A DNA stretch of 58,458 nt from Minisyncoccota bacterium (GTDB lineage: Bacteria > Patescibacteriota > Minisyncoccia > Phycocordibacterales > Phycocordibacteraceae). Below are positions 46,735-55,471 of the stretch, piece after piece. The translations under genes were made by a program, and so were the position numbers. The stretch is taken from NCBI GenBank assembly GCA_035547315.1, contig DASZVH010000001.1, forward strand, positions 1 through 58,458, written 5' to 3'. Position 1 is the first letter of the stretch. Each line of letters begins with the position of its first letter. The notes below the pieces were generated by a model. The model worked only from the letters and a program-made list of their open reading frames with translations, did not search any database and was not told where the DNA came from.

Positions 46735-47367
46735 ATGAAATTCATCCTCGCGCGCAAGATCGAGATGACCCGAGTATTCGGGGAGGATGGCCGTGCGCAC
46801 GCGGGCACCGTGCTTGCCGCGGCGCCAGTCGTCGTGACCCAGGTCAAGACCGCGGCGGGCGCGGACAAATACGACGCCGTGCAGGTTGGCGAGGGCTCCC
46901 GCAAGGCCAAGAACGTCTCGAAGGCCGTCCTCGGCCACACCAAGAGCAAGGCTTTCTCGGCGCTGCGCGAGTTCCGGGTCCCCTCCGAAGCCTTGGCGAA
47001 AGAGGGCGCTGCGGCCGGCGCCGAGATCACGGTCGAAGCGTTCGCGGTCGGCGACTCGGTCGTGGTGTCCGGCCTCTCCAAGGGCAAAGGCTTCGCGGGC
47101 GTGGTGAAGCGCCACGGCTTCCACGGCGGGCGCCGCTCCCACGGCCAGAAGCACTCGGAGCGCGAGCCCGGCTCGATCGGCGGCTCGGGCGGCCGCGCGG
47201 GCGGCCGCGTCGCCAAGGGCATCCGCATGGCCGGGCGCCTGGGCGGCGCGCGCGTGACGGTCAAGAACCTCAAAGTGCTCGCGGTGGACGCGGCGAATCA
47301 TCGCCTGATCGTCTCCGGCGCGGTGCCGGGCGCGCGCGGCACGCTGCTCGAGGTCGTTTCCGCATAA
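46735..47367 (+). CDS. rplC: 50S ribosomal protein L3
   Basis: KIEMT.VF, SKGKGFAG..KRHGF, H.HREPGSIG-like HSEREPGSIG, MAGRLG. Confidence 0.97.
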   Translation: MKFILARKIEMTRVFGEDGRAHAGTVLAAAPVVVTQVKTAAGADKYDAVQVGEGSRKAKNVSKAVLGHTKSKAFSALREFRVPSEALAKEGAAAGAEITVEAFAVGDSVVVSGLSKGKGFAGVVKRHGFHGGRRSHGQKHSEREPGSIGGSGGRAGGRVAKGIRMAGRLGGARVTVKNLKVLAVDAANHRLIVSGAVPGARGTLLEVVSA

Positions 47368-47374
47368 TTTACGT

Positions 47375-48082
47375 ATGGCAACCACCCGCAAAACGCAAAA
47401 GAGCTCGGGGCCTTCGGCTCCGGCACCCATCTACTCGATGAGCGGCGCCTCCGTTGGGACCATCGAGCTCCCGGCAGAGCTCTTCGGCGCCGCGTGGCGC
47501 GCCGACTTGGTACACCAGGTCGCGACCGCGCTTGCCGCCAACAAGCGGCAGAACCGCGCGCACACCAAGGACCGCGCCGAGGTGGCGGGCGGCGGCAAGA
47601 AGCCGTGGAAGCAGAAGGGCACCGGCCAGGCCCGCCACGGCTCTACCCGCTCGCCGATCTGGCGGCATGGCGGCGTCACCTTCGGCCCGCGCAAGGAGCG
47701 CGACTACTCCGAGAAGGTGAACAAGAAGATGCGCGCGCAGGCCTTGGCGAGCGTCCTCTCCAAGAAGGCGCAAGACGGCGAGCTCATCCTGGTGGAGAAG
47801 CTCTCCTTCGCGGCGCCCAAGACCAAGGAGGCTGTCGCCGCGCTCGCGGCGCTCGGCAAGGGCGCGGGCGCGGCGATCTTCGGCAAGCGCAAGAACGCCA
47901 TGCTCCTCGCGCTCGCGCGCTACGACGCGAACGTGGTGAAGTCGCTGCGCAACGTGGGCGCGGTCGCCACCGAGGAGGCCCGCAACTTGAATCCGCTCGA
48001 CCTCCTCACCTACCGCTATCTCGTCATCGAGGATCCGGAGGAGTCCTTCAAGCAGCTCGCCGCTAAATTCTCTAAGAAATAA
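47375..48082 (+). CDS. rplD: 50S ribosomal protein L4
   Basis: TKDRAEVAGGGKKPWKQKGTGQARHGS.RSP.WRHGG..FGP. Confidence 0.98.
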   Translation: MATTRKTQKSSGPSAPAPIYSMSGASVGTIELPAELFGAAWRADLVHQVATALAANKRQNRAHTKDRAEVAGGGKKPWKQKGTGQARHGSTRSPIWRHGGVTFGPRKERDYSEKVNKKMRAQALASVLSKKAQDGELILVEKLSFAAPKTKEAVAALAALGKGAGAAIFGKRKNAMLLALARYDANVVKSLRNVGAVATEEARNLNPLDLLTYRYLVIEDPEESFKQLAAKFSKK

Positions 48083-48085
48083 TCT

Positions 48086-48448
48086 ATGGCTATCTTCGGC
48101 GGCAATAAAAAGGAGGGGAAGAAGGAGAAACGCATATCGCGTGCGCGGGCGGCGGCGCTCGCTCCCGGCCGCGCGCACGCGATCGTGCTTCACCCCTGGT
48201 ACACCGAGAAGGCGCTCCTCGCCACCGACACGGGCGTCTACGGCTTCGCGGTCGCCCGGGACGCCACCAAGCCGCAGATCGCCGCGGCGATCAAGGAGCT
48301 CTACGGCGTCGCGCCGCGCAAGGTGGCCATCGTGAACACGCCGGGGAAGCGCGTCTCTAAGCGCACGCGCCCGGGCAAAGCGACTCGCGCCGCGCGCCGC
48401 AAAGCGTACGTCTACCTCAACGCCGGCGAGAAGATCGAGTTCGCCTAA
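48086..48448 (+). CDS. rplW: 50S ribosomal protein L23
   Basis: P..TEK, ATKPQIAAA, RKAYV.L...I; position in the S10 cluster. Confidence 0.9.
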   Translation: MAIFGGNKKEGKKEKRISRARAAALAPGRAHAIVLHPWYTEKALLATDTGVYGFAVARDATKPQIAAAIKELYGVAPRKVAIVNTPGKRVSKRTRPGKATRAARRKAYVYLNAGEKIEFA

Positions 48449-48473
48449 TATCTAGAACCTAGCGCCTAACTCC
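48446..48473 (+). repeat. 28-nt intergenic motif repeated at 55437-55464
   Basis: TAATATCTAGAACCTAGCGCCTAACTCC vs TAACATCTAGAACCTAACCGCTAACACC, 23/28 identical. Confidence 0.75.
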
Positions 48474-48478
48474 TGTTT

Positions 48479-49327
48479 ATGAAATCTTATCGCCCCACCA
48501 CCAAGTCCCGCCGCTTCATGACCACGCTGCCGTATCGGCAGCTGCTCTCGGGCGACGCGCCGCACAAGCCGCTCTTGAAGAACAAGAAGGACCGCGCGGG
48601 CCGCAACGGCTTCGGCCGTATCACGACGCGCCACCAGGGCGGCGGCAACAAGAAGCGCCTGCGCGAGGTCGACTTCCGCTTCGATAAGCTCGATATCCCC
48701 GCCCGATTCGAGACCGTCGAGTACGACCCGTACCGCTCCGCGTTCATCGCGCTCGCGCTCTACGCCGACGGCGAGCGCCGCTACCACATCGTCCCCAAGG
48801 GCGCCAAGGTCGGCGATACGTTCGTAACGGGCGAGAACGCTCCGCTTAAGGACGGCAACCGCATGCCGCTCGGCAAGATCCCGGTGGGCACTTTCGTCTA
48901 CAATATCGAGCTCAAGCCGCGCGCAGGCGGCGTCCTGGTGCGTTCCGCGGGCTCCTTCGCCGAGGTGGTGGCGCACGATGCGGGCTACGCGCAAGTGAAG
49001 CTTCCCTCGAGCGAGGTGCGCCGCGTCAGCGACCTCTGCTACGCCTCGGTCGGCTCGGTCGGCAACGAGGAGTACAACCTCGTGGTCATCGGCAAGGCCG
49101 GCCGCTCCCGCTGGCTCGGCATCCGCCCGACGGTGCGCGGCTCGGCGATGAACCCGGTAGACCACCCGCACGGCGGCGGCGAGGGCAAGCAGGGCCGCGG
49201 CCTCCGGCGCGCGAAGTCCCTCTGGGGCAAGCCGACCGGCAAGGGGCAGAAGACCCGCACGCCGAAGAAGTACTCCAATGTCTTCATCGTCTCCCGCCGC
49301 CACGCCGGCAAGCGCAAGAAGGGCTAA
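48479..49327 (+). CDS. rplB: 50S ribosomal protein L2
   Basis: GRNGFGRIT.RHQGGG, EYDPYRSA.IA, RP.VRGSAMNPVDHPHGGGEG. Confidence 0.99.
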   Translation: MKSYRPTTKSRRFMTTLPYRQLLSGDAPHKPLLKNKKDRAGRNGFGRITTRHQGGGNKKRLREVDFRFDKLDIPARFETVEYDPYRSAFIALALYADGERRYHIVPKGAKVGDTFVTGENAPLKDGNRMPLGKIPVGTFVYNIELKPRAGGVLVRSAGSFAEVVAHDAGYAQVKLPSSEVRRVSDLCYASVGSVGNEEYNLVVIGKAGRSRWLGIRPTVRGSAMNPVDHPHGGGEGKQGRGLRRAKSLWGKPTGKGQKTRTPKKYSNVFIVSRRHAGKRKKG

Positions 49328-49337
49328 TCAATCTTTT

Positions 49338-49366
49338 GAAGAAACCCGCCGGCGGCGGGTTTCTTC
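49338..49366. terminator. Hairpin after rplB
   Basis: GAAGAAACCCGCC-GGC-GGCGGGTTTCTTC. Confidence 0.7.
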
Positions 49367-49384
49367 TTGCGCTATACTCCCGGC

Positions 49385-50215
49385 ATGAATCTGGCGGAGC
49401 TCAAGAGGGAGGGCCGGCTCTATGTGAAATATCCGGAGGAACTGCGCGCCGGGGTCGAGGAGGCCGTCGAGGCTTGGAGGAGATTCTGCGCGCTCTCGCG
49501 GGAACAAAAGCTCAAGTTCCCATATGCGGGCGACACCAACGTCTCGGGCAACGGCTACGAGCTCAAGGAGGGCGAGGCGATCGACCTCAAGGAGAACTTC
49601 CATCTGCGCGCCTCGGGCAAAGACGAGCTCGCGCGCAAAGCGGAGCGCGTGGACGACTTCATCACGCCTGCCTTCGTCAAGAAGGCGACCGCGCTCCCTG
49701 CGCTCATGGCACCTCTCTTGCAGGAATTCGGGCGCCAGGTGGAAGAGGAGCTCGGCGTCGAGGGCTTCGAGGAGGATCTGATGAGCATGCAAGAGAATTG
49801 GCTCGTGCGCTTCCTCCATTATTTCCCCGCACGCAGCGCAGGCGAGGAGATCGCCGCGCCGCACAACGATAAAGGCGGCTTCACCCTCCACCTCTACGAG
49901 AGCCATCCGGGCGTCGAGCGGCTCACCTTCGATACTAAGGAGTGGGTGCCGATGGATTTGGACCCTGGCGAGACCGTCATCTTCGCGGGCAATGGGCTCC
50001 AGCATCGTTCTAAGAATCAACTGCGCGCGCTCTCGCATCGCGTCCTCGCGACGCCCGAGACCGCTACGGAGGGCCGCTACTCGGCAGTCTGCTTCTTCTC
50101 CTTCAAGAACGCGAAATATTTCGACAAGTCGCGCTTCGGCTCCCAGCAGCTCTATCCGCCGGGCTCCTTCTACGACATGCCCTTCGAGAAGTTCGACGAG
50201 TTCTTCATCTCCTAA
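49385..50215 (+). CDS. 2-oxoglutarate/Fe(II)-dependent oxygenase (IPNS-like)
   Basis: HxD (PHNDKGGFTL), distal His (LSHRV), RxS (GRYS), DLKE; TATACT 6 nt before ATG. Confidence 0.85.
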   Translation: MNLAELKREGRLYVKYPEELRAGVEEAVEAWRRFCALSREQKLKFPYAGDTNVSGNGYELKEGEAIDLKENFHLRASGKDELARKAERVDDFITPAFVKKATALPALMAPLLQEFGRQVEEELGVEGFEEDLMSMQENWLVRFLHYFPARSAGEEIAAPHNDKGGFTLHLYESHPGVERLTFDTKEWVPMDLDPGETVIFAGNGLQHRSKNQLRALSHRVLATPETATEGRYSAVCFFSFKNAKYFDKSRFGSQQLYPPGSFYDMPFEKFDEFFIS

Positions 50216-50219
50216 AGAA

Positions 50220-50245
50220 AAAGGCCGCCCGAGAGGGCGGCCTTT
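50220..50245. terminator. Bidirectional terminator
   Basis: AAAGGCCGCCC-GAGA-GGGCGGCCTTT between convergent genes. Confidence 0.75.
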
Positions 50246-50256
50246 GCAGTGAATTC

Positions 50257-50673
50257 TCAAAGAGAATTCTTCGGGACGATGAAGTGATAGACCGCAAGAG
50301 CTCGTATAGTTCCGTCAGAGAAACGGACCTTGAGCTTCGGTTGTTCGATCGCGGAGCGCAGATCGTAGAGCATATCCGGCGCCGTCGGCTTCGCTCTGTC
50401 GACAAAAGTAAGCAGCCGACATTCCTGGCCCGCGTACTTCTTGCAGAAGTCGCTCTTCTCGCGGTTGTCTCCGCTATAGACGGTTGCCTCGAGTGGCGGA
50501 TCAAAGAGCAGAACAGTTCCCGCGCGTAGGGTAATCTCGCACCGAATTACGAGCCGTTCCGGCGGGACCAGGCCGCCCACAAGGCGCTCCGTATCCTCTT
50601 CGCGTGACGCACGCGTCTCGTCGAGAATGCGTAGCCCGCGCTCGAACTCCTCTTCGTTTGAAGAAGGATTCAT
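50257..50673 (-). CDS. Hypothetical protein
   Basis: From MNPSSNEEEF; GGAGG 7 nt before ATG. Confidence 0.6.
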   Translation of the reverse strand: MNPSSNEEEFERGLRILDETRASREEDTERLVGGLVPPERLVIRCEITLRAGTVLLFDPPLEATVYSGDNREKSDFCKKYAGQECRLLTFVDRAKPTAPDMLYDLRSAIEQPKLKVRFSDGTIRALAVYHFIVPKNSL

Positions 50674-50779
50674 CTGAGGCCTCCACCTCTTCCGCTTCTG
50701 CGTACATCCCAACACAAATTGACAAACATACGCAAAGATAGTATTTAAGTTGCAGAAACTAAAAGAAAGGAGCCTTAGC

Positions 50780-51340
50780 GTGCTCTCGATCTTTATAGGA
50801 ACGGGGAAACGTCAGATCATAACTCTAGACGGCGCAGGGATGACGGTACGCCCCTTGCTCGTACGCGTTGGAGGTAAAGTTTCTTGTCTCGAAGATGCCG
50901 AACTCGACGAAATCGACGAGGTGGAATTCATATACCGCTCTAGACTTCTCGGGCTCGGCAGAGTTCTTGCGCTGCCGAAGCCGGTGCTTGTCGGCGTGAG
51001 CGAATTCCTTCGGCGATACCACACCCAACCAGACTTGTTCTTCGACTGCTACGCATTCGTATGCATGGTGTACGGGATCCAACCGCACGCCAAATACGAT
51101 CTTGCCCACCACTGGACCGCGAAGAAGTTTCGCCGCAAACGCCGCGGCGACGTTGTTCTGCTAGATACCAAGCAGATGGACGACACAGCTCTCCTGCATC
51201 ACGTCGCAGTTTACATTGGTCGCGGCTTGTATCTCTCGGTATATGGCGTGGGCGGGTATATCGAGGTGACTAGTCTCGAAGAAATGATGGCCGATTACGG
51301 GGCCGAGTCTGTAATCTGTCTGACTCCCCGCAAAAGATAA
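50780..51340 (+). CDS. NlpC/P60-like (papain-fold) protein
   Basis: FDCYAFVCMVYG, GDVVLL and HHVAVYIGRG match the NlpC/P60 Cys/His layout. Promoter TTGACA-N17-TATTTA (50719-50747), AAGGAG and GTG start. Confidence 0.65.
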   Translation: MLSIFIGTGKRQIITLDGAGMTVRPLLVRVGGKVSCLEDAELDEIDEVEFIYRSRLLGLGRVLALPKPVLVGVSEFLRRYHTQPDLFFDCYAFVCMVYGIQPHAKYDLAHHWTAKKFRRKRRGDVVLLDTKQMDDTALLHHVAVYIGRGLYLSVYGVGGYIEVTSLEEMMADYGAESVICLTPRKR

Positions 51341-51364
51341 GGCCGCCGAGAAATTGGCGGCCTT
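51339..51364. terminator. Bidirectional terminator
   Basis: AAGGCCGCC-GAGAAATT-GGCGGCCTT followed by TT. Confidence 0.7.
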
Positions 51365-51371
51365 TTCGTAT

Positions 51372-51596
51372 TTAGTGATGATGGACGGGCGGGGGGAAGA
51401 GATAGCGGAGTACTCGATCAATCCCGGGGAAGCGCGAATAGCGCGGGCATCCGCAATCGAGGAGTCTGCGCACCTTGGCGCTCGCTTTCTCCAGATCGGC
51501 TTTGATCAGAGAATGCAGCCGATCTCGAATTTCTCTGTCGCGCGCCTCCTTTTCGGGCGAGCGCGTGCGCTGCGGTTCGATGCAATATTCGCACAT
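51372..51596 (-). CDS. Small hypothetical protein with CxxC and CxC
   Basis: MCEYCIEP...DCGCP; AAGGAG 7 nt before ATG and an extended -10 upstream. Confidence 0.5.
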   Translation of the reverse strand: MCEYCIEPQRTRSPEKEARDREIRDRLHSLIKADLEKASAKVRRLLDCGCPRYSRFPGIDRVLRYLFPPPVHHH

Positions 51597-51640
51597 GTCT
51601 GAACTCCTTTCCGCCCGCACTCTAGCATAGAAAAAGGCCG

Positions 51641-52408
51641 CTAGGGGTAGCCCGCCTTGAGGCCGGTCACTTGGGAAAGGGGGATGTCGAGCTCGATGGT
51701 GCCGGCAGCATAAGGTGCGACGGCGTAGGGAGGGAAAAGGAGCACGAGGTCGCCGTTCGCGAGATAGAACCATTGGAAGTTGGCGGCGTCCGGCGCCGTA
51801 CCCTCGTCGAGCATCTGCGAGTCAACCTCGTCGGGCGATACGCCCTCATGCGCGGCGATGACAGCGGGAAGATTTGCTCGGGCGTAGGCGCTCAAGAACC
51901 CCACATAGTTCGTGCTGATGGTGAAGAGGTCCGAGAGCGAGAGCGGCGCGCCGGTTTTAGCATCGAAGGTGTAGGTGAGGTAGGTGCCGTTCCCGTGCGC
52001 GCCGAGCGTATCCGCGTAGAGCGAGAAGATATAGGAGACGGTCGTCGGCGAGGAGGTCGCCTCATATGAAACGTCGAAGGTGTATTTGCGACCATCTTGC
52101 CCGAGCCCTATATACGCGGCGTCCGCCGGGATGATGGAGCCGTAGTCCGTGTCGCTCTTGAACTGCGCGACGGCGTTTTGGACTCCGGCGGCCATGAGCG
52201 CGACGGCCGCCTTGTCCGCGGCCGCCCCCGCAGAGGCCTTAAGGGACGTGGTGGCCGGCCACTTTGCGTCTATCGAGAAATAGGGGCTCTCCTCAGTAAT
52301 CGCCGAGGTGCCGGGTGCCGCCACCGGGGCAGGGCGCAAGAGGGCATAGGTGGCGATGCCGCTCACGATGACCACGAGGGCGATGGTGCCGATGAGGGTG
52401 TGTTTCAT
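51641..52408 (-). CDS. Membrane-anchored DUF3298/RsiV-PdaC-like protein
   Basis: N-terminal TM; GAHGN...TYTFDAKTG..LSLSDLF; F......L.L.F.PY.VAPYA.G...L.IP. Confidence 0.8.
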   Translation of the reverse strand: MKHTLIGTIALVVIVSGIATYALLRPAPVAAPGTSAITEESPYFSIDAKWPATTSLKASAGAAADKAAVALMAAGVQNAVAQFKSDTDYGSIIPADAAYIGLGQDGRKYTFDVSYEATSSPTTVSYIFSLYADTLGAHGNGTYLTYTFDAKTGAPLSLSDLFTISTNYVGFLSAYARANLPAVIAAHEGVSPDEVDSQMLDEGTAPDAANFQWFYLANGDLVLLFPPYAVAPYAAGTIELDIPLSQVTGLKAGYP

Positions 52409-52438
52409 CTCCCTAGGATAGCAGGGGGGCGGCCGGAT

Positions 52439-52467
52439 TTGACGATTATCCGCCTCTCCTGTATCTT
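52439..52467 (+). promoter_or_regulatory. Sigma70-like promoter of rpsS
   Basis: TTGACG-N17-TATCTT. Confidence 0.55.
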
Positions 52468-52502
52468 TCATGCATCCCGCTTCGCGGGCTTTTCATTGCT
52501 TT

Positions 52503-52841
52503 ATGGCGCGATCGCTCAAGAAGGGACCCTATGTGGATGCAAAACTCCTCAAGAAGGTCGCCAAACAGCCCTCCCGCGCCGCGGGAGTGATCAACACGTG
52601 GGCGCGCGGGAGCCAGATCAGCCCCGAGATGGTCGGCTATACCTTCGGCGTCCACAACGGCAAGCAGCATGTCGAGGTCCTGGTCTCCGAGGAGATGGTG
52701 GGGCACCGCTTGGGCGAGTTCTCGCCGACCAAGAAGTTCACCCGCCACGGCGGCAAGATGCAGAAGGAGCTCGAGCAGAAGCAGCAGGAGTCCGCTATCG
52801 CCGCCGCCAAGGCCGCGAGCGCCGCAGGGGAGAAGAAATAG
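52503..52841 (+). CDS. rpsS: 30S ribosomal protein S19 with C-terminal extension
   Basis: [38 protein letters not shown]. Confidence 0.98.
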   Translation: MARSLKKGPYVDAKLLKKVAKQPSRAAGVINTWARGSQISPEMVGYTFGVHNGKQHVEVLVSEEMVGHRLGEFSPTKKFTRHGGKMQKELEQKQQESAIAAAKAASAAGEKK

Positions 52842-52844
52842 ACC

Positions 52845-53165
52845 ATGAAAGCCACCCTCGATAGCTACAATCAATCCCCGCGCAAGGTCCGCCTCGTGGC
52901 AGGGCTCGTCAAGGGAAAGCGGGTCGAGGAGGCGCTTGCCGCGCTCTCCTTCCTGCCCAAGCGCGCCTCGATGCCGGTCGCCAAGCTCATCAAGAGCGCC
53001 GCCGCCAACGCCAAGGACCGCGGCGAGAAGGCCGCGAGCCTCACGATCAAGAACATCACGGTCGAGAGCGCCGGGATGGCCAAGCGCTGGATGCCCCGCG
53101 CCATGGGCCGCGCGACCCCGATACGCCGCAAGAAGAGCCGCGTGATCGTCGAGCTGTCTTCCTAG
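52845..53165 (+). CDS. rplV: 50S ribosomal protein L22
   Basis: QSPRKVRLVA, KRWMPRAMGRA. Confidence 0.97.
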   Translation: MKATLDSYNQSPRKVRLVAGLVKGKRVEEALAALSFLPKRASMPVAKLIKSAAANAKDRGEKAASLTIKNITVESAGMAKRWMPRAMGRATPIRRKKSRVIVELSS

Positions 53166-53182
53166 CATCTGAAGCCTGCGCC

Positions 53183-53860
53183 ATGACTCACACCGTACAT
53201 CCCTACGCGCATCGCCTCGGCATCATCCGGGACTGGAAGAGCCGCTGGTTCGCCGCCGACAAGAAGAGCTACCGCGAGAACATCCGCGTGGACGAGGCTA
53301 TCCGCGCCTTCCTCAAAAAGCGCCTCAAGGGCACCTACACCAGCAACGTCGAGATCGAGCGCTCCGCCGCCGAGCTGCGGGTCATCGCCACCACGGCGCG
53401 CCCCGGCCTCGTTATCGGCCGCTCGGGTGAGAACGCCGCCAAGCTGCGCAAGGAACTCACCGCGGTGATCCGCGCCGCGGCGCCGGCCGACCGCCGCGCG
53501 GTCAAGCTCGATATCGTCGAGATCCGCCAGCCCGAGCTCGACGCGGCGGTGGTCGCTTTCATGGTGGTCGAGGGGCTGGAGAAGCGCATGCCCTTCCGCC
53601 GCGTTCTCAAGCAGACCGCGGAGAAAGTGAAGGCGGTCCGCGAAGTCGAGGGCGTGCGCATCGTGATCTCCGGCCGCCTCGGCGGCGCGGACATGAGCCG
53701 CAAGGAGGAGGTCAAGCGCGGCCGCATCCCGCTCCAGACCTTCCGCGCGGATATCGACTTCGCGCACGAGGAGGCACTCCTGCCCTACGGCATCATCGGG
53801 GTGAAGGTCTGGATCTATAAGGGCAACGTCTACGGAGCTAAGGCGACCGCTCGCCCCTAA
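53183..53860 (+). CDS. rpsC: 30S ribosomal protein S3
   Basis: VHP...RLGI.RDW.SRWFA, ARPG.VIG, SGRLGGA, GRIPLQTFRADID, YG.IGVKVWIY. Confidence 0.98.
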   Translation: MTHTVHPYAHRLGIIRDWKSRWFAADKKSYRENIRVDEAIRAFLKKRLKGTYTSNVEIERSAAELRVIATTARPGLVIGRSGENAAKLRKELTAVIRAAAPADRRAVKLDIVEIRQPELDAAVVAFMVVEGLEKRMPFRRVLKQTAEKVKAVREVEGVRIVISGRLGGADMSRKEEVKRGRIPLQTFRADIDFAHEEALLPYGIIGVKVWIYKGNVYGAKATARP

Positions 53861-53871
53861 TATCTGCCGCC

Positions 53872-54291
53872 ATGCTTTTCCCTAAGAAAGTCAAACACCG
53901 CAAGTGGCAGACGCACCGCAAGAGCCCGGCGCGGCTCGCGCGCCCCGATACGCGCGGCACCACCGTCGCCTTCGGCAGCTGGGCGCTCAAGGCGACCACG
54001 CCCGCGCGCATCACCAGCAACCAGATCGAGAGCGCCCGCAAGGTGCTCACCCGCGCCACCGCCAAGGGCGGCAAGCTGTGGATCCGCATCTTCCCGGATC
54101 GCCCCGTGACCGCCAAGCCGGCGGAGGTCGGCATGGGCAGCGGCAAGGGCGACCCGGCGAAATACGTCTTCGAGGTGCGCCCCGGGCGTGTCCTCTTCGA
54201 GCTCGATGGCGTCGCGGAGGCCTCCGCCAAGGAGCACCTGCGCCAGGCGGGCATGAAGCTGCCGGTCAAGACCGCGATCGTCACCCGCTAG
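53872..54291 (+). CDS. rplP: 50S ribosomal protein L16
   Basis: MLFPKKVKHRK, QIESAR, RIFPD.P.T, MG.GKG. Confidence 0.98.
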   Translation: MLFPKKVKHRKWQTHRKSPARLARPDTRGTTVAFGSWALKATTPARITSNQIESARKVLTRATAKGGKLWIRIFPDRPVTAKPAEVGMGSGKGDPAKYVFEVRPGRVLFELDGVAEASAKEHLRQAGMKLPVKTAIVTR

Positions 54292-54307
54292 CTATTTCAT
54301 ACGAAAT

Positions 54308-54532
54308 ATGGCAAAACGTAAGACTATGCGCAGCGAGATCAAGAAGGCGTCCGACGCCGAGCTCCGGACGCTCCTCGTCGAGGAGCGCGGGCGGCTGCGC
54401 GAGGAGCGCTTCGCCGCGGCCGGGAGCCGGCCCAAGGACACCAACGCGCCGGCCAAGCACCGCCGGCAGATCGCGCGCATCCTGACCGAGCAGCGCGCGC
54501 GTTCGCTCCGCTCAGCATCTTCGACCGACTAA
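54308..54532 (+). CDS. rpmC: 50S ribosomal protein L29
   Basis: RRQIARILT; position after rplP. Confidence 0.9.
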   Translation: MAKRKTMRSEIKKASDAELRTLLVEERGRLREERFAAAGSRPKDTNAPAKHRRQIARILTEQRARSLRSASSTD

Positions 54533-54535
54533 ATT

Positions 54536-54814
54536 ATGGAAACCAGGCACCCCCGGCCCCAGACTTTCCGCGGCGTCGTCGTCAAGACGGCGATGAAGGA
54601 CACGGCGACCGTCCGCGTCGACCGCTACGTCAAGCACCCTAAATACAAGAAGTACTTCACTCGCTCCAAGAAGTACCTGGTCCACGACCCGGGCAACACC
54701 GCCCAAGTGGGGGAGCGCGTGACCATCGCCGCCACGCGGCCGATCAGCAAGCGCAAGCGTTTCGCTCTCGTCGCGAACGCCTCGGCGCCTTCGCGCCCGA
54801 GCGCCGCGGAATAA
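54536..54814 (+). CDS. rpsQ: 30S ribosomal protein S17
   Basis: GVVV...MKDT, HPKYKK, KKY.VHD, RPISKRKRF. Confidence 0.97.
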   Translation: METRHPRPQTFRGVVVKTAMKDTATVRVDRYVKHPKYKKYFTRSKKYLVHDPGNTAQVGERVTIAATRPISKRKRFALVANASAPSRPSAAE

Positions 54815-54816
54815 CT

Positions 54817-55194
54817 ATGTTGCAGGCCCAATCCATCGTGCGCGTTGCGGACAACTCCGGCGGTGCCATCGCGCGGGTCTTCAAGGTGCCGGGCGGCTCT
54901 AAGCGCCGCTACGCCGCCATCGGCGACACCGTCATCGTCTCGATCCAGGTCGCCGAGCCCCGCAAGCAGGTGAAGAAGAAGGAGATCTACCGCGCGGTCG
55001 TCGTGCGGCAGAAGCAGCCCTTCGCCCGCAAGGACGGCTCCTACATCCGCTTCGACGAGAACGCGGTCGTACTGGTCGAGAAGCAGGGCAAGGAGATGGC
55101 TCCGAAGGGCAACCGCGTCTTCGGGCCGGTGCCGCGCGAGCTCACCGAGCGGGGCTGGCACGCGATCGCCTCGCTCGCGCCCGAGGTCGTATGA
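54817..55194 (+). CDS. rplN: 50S ribosomal protein L14
   Basis: VADNSG, IRFDENAVVL, RVFGPVPREL, SLAPEV. Confidence 0.98.
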   Translation: MLQAQSIVRVADNSGGAIARVFKVPGGSKRRYAAIGDTVIVSIQVAEPRKQVKKKEIYRAVVVRQKQPFARKDGSYIRFDENAVVLVEKQGKEMAPKGNRVFGPVPRELTERGWHAIASLAPEVV

Positions 55195-55214
55195 CGAGAC
55201 GACAGAACACAATT

Positions 55215-55439
55215 ATGAAACTCCACGTTAAAAAAGGCGACAAGGTGAAGGTCCTCTCCGGCAAGGATAAGGGGAAGGTGGGCGTGATCGCGCGCGCGCT
55301 CCCCAAGGAGGGCAAAGTGGTGGTCGAGGGCGTCGCTATCGCCAAGCGTTCGATCCGCTCGCGCGTCTCCGGGCAGTCGGGCCGCATCGTGGAGACGGAG
55401 CGCCCTATCGACGCCTCGAACGTGGCTAAGGTTGCCTAA
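55215..55439 (+). CDS. rplX: 50S ribosomal protein L24 (short)
   Basis: KKGDKVKVLSGKDKGKVG, VVVEGV, PIDASNV. Confidence 0.95.
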   Translation: MKLHVKKGDKVKVLSGKDKGKVGVIARALPKEGKVVVEGVAIAKRSIRSRVSGQSGRIVETERPIDASNVAKVA

Positions 55440-55471
55440 CATCTAGAACCTAACCGCTAACACCCGCCCTT

